Part shown: one piece after another, positions 62,955-64,000 of the stretch
Position numbering within the stretch: position 1 is the stretch's first letter
How the letters are laid out: each line of letters starts with the position of its first letter
The notes under the pieces: generated by a model
Seen by the model: only the letters and a program-made list of their open reading frames with translations
What the model was told of the DNA's origin: nothing
The model's database searches: none
Origin: an uncultured Methanosarcinales archaeon
GTDB lineage: Archaea; Nanobdellota; Nanobdellia; Woesearchaeales; CAYZNE01
NCBI GenBank assembly: GCA_964405295.1
Contig: CAYONI010000004.1
Span: 20,698-84,697 of the forward strand
Direction of reading: 5' to 3'
DNA: 64,000 bases
Translations under genes and position numbers: made by a program

Positions 62955-64000
62955 TTATTTCTTTTTCTTGAAGATTAAAATTACTAAAATAAAGATTATA
63001 CCTATTGCACTTAAAATATAAACAGAGTTATTAATATTAAATTTATCCATGATAAATCCAAAAACTAAAACAAATATGATTCCTCCTAGAGAACTAAAAA
63101 ACTTATGTAAAGATAAAACGGTTGCTCTTTTGTTATCCTGTTTAAGATTGTGATTAAGATCTGTAGAAAAGGTGATTGCTACTAGTGATCCTATAAACCA
63201 AGTTACCCCCATAACTGGAATAATTACATAGATACTTTTAGTTGTTAGTAAAGCTAAACTTAGACTCCAAACTAATGCTAACATTATATAAACATGAATC
63301 TTTCTAAAGAAATTTATTATTTTATTTGCTATTAGTAATAATAATGCTTGGACAACTGTAGCTAATGCAAAAATTAAACCATACTGGCTCAAATTAAAAT
63401 TTTGTGCTATTAAGGGTTGATTTATTAGTTCTGAAAATGTCTTTATTATTGTGTAAAGGATTACTGTATAAAAAAAGAGCATAAATATTTTATTATTTTT
63501 TTTAATAATTGTTAAAGACTTTTTAAATTGTTTGTAATATGTTTTAAAAGTTATTTTGTGTTTTTTAACCTTGTAGGGGTCATATATTAGATTTGCTAGA
63601 ATAATAAAAACAATGGAGAATAATAGTGCAATATAGAAGGGTATTCTTATATTTTGATTAAATAACAATGGTATAAAAAAATTAGTTAATACTCCAATAC
63701 TTATGTAAAAAAGCTCAAATAATCCCCTGTGTTTTTGATAATCTTTTTCTTTTTTTGTTATTTTCAGTGATTCAAACAATAGGGAATCATTAGTTCCAGT
63801 CCATAAACTAAGGCCAACTCCATTAATAATCATTGCTAATAGCAAAACCCAGAAACTATTTGTGATAATAAATAAGATATTAATAATTAAACTAGAAAAT
63901 CCATAAATAATTATTGATTTTTTTCTTCCATATAAGTCTGCGAATTCTCCAGAAGGAACTTCAAATATTAAATTAGCCAAGAAGAATACTCCAAGTAAAA
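62955..64000 (-). CDS. MFS-type transporter; the N-terminus lies beyond the window edge
   Basis: The frame is open to nt 64000 (..LLGVFFLANLIFEVPSGEFADLYGRKKS). P-x-G-x2-AD-x2-GRK is the MFS loop 2-3 motif, so at least two TM helices are missing upstream. Confidence 0.65.
   Translation of the reverse strand, partial: LLGVFFLANLIFEVPSGEFADLYGRKKSIIIYGFSSLIINILFIITNSFWVLLLAMIINGVGLSLWTGTNDSLLFESLKITKKEKDYQKHRGLFELFYISIGVLTNFFIPLLFNQNIRIPFYIALLFSIVFIILANLIYDPYKVKKHKITFKTYYKQFKKSLTIIKKNNKIFMLFFYTVILYTIIKTFSELINQPLIAQNFNLSQYGLIFALATVVQALLLLIANKIINFFRKIHVYIMLALVWSLSLALLTTKSIYVIIPVMGVTWFIGSLVAITFSTDLNHNLKQDNKRATVLSLHKFFSSLGGIIFVLVFGFIMDKFNINNSVYILSAIGIIFILVILIFKKKK

Overview
This is an AT-rich, very gene-dense window (about 75 genes, short gaps) from an archaeon. 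The archaeal assignment rests on a thermosome, ribosomal proteins L21e and L11, RpoF, TFS, aEF-1beta, Sec61beta, NAC, an RPA-type ssDNA-binding protein, diphthine synthase, Trm1, Trm5, RtcB, archease, NreA, Mre11, XPD and an archaeal-size SRP RNA. Low GC, few metabolic genes, bacterial-type add-ons (class I GAPDH, cold-shock protein, SLT-LysM murein hydrolase, CAP domain) and giant surface proteins suggest a small-genome, possibly episymbiotic DPANN-like lineage. That lineage call is inference only. RNA genes found are tRNA-His (18354-18428, minus strand) and SRP RNA (about 55812-56088, plus strand). I found no rRNA, CRISPR array, transposase or integrase. Most genes have a TTTATAAATA-like TATA box 21-27 nt upstream of the start codon, which implies leaderless mRNAs. 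I used this spacing to trim several over-extended ORF calls. The most interesting content is cell-surface machinery. (1) An operon at 2-6672 encodes two Ig-like giant proteins followed by four translationally coupled small proteins with prepilin-like N-termini. (2) An orphan, oversized FlaI/FlaJ-like ATPase and platform pair lies at 36458-41028. (3) A 1421-aa protein at 42994-47259 carries three tandem 320-aa beta-helix modules. Both giant proteins have a single TM helix and a cytoplasmic tail. (4) A minus-strand envelope operon at 6673-11294 encodes two thioredoxin-fold proteins and two processive GT2 synthases. Other notable items are a membrane-anchored SLT-LysM lytic transglycosylase, an aldose-epimerase-like gene broken by an in-frame TAA, and two small genes missing from the ORF track (an alpha3-truncated histone-fold protein and a Zn-ribbon protein). 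All functions are inferred from motifs read by eye. No database search was run.
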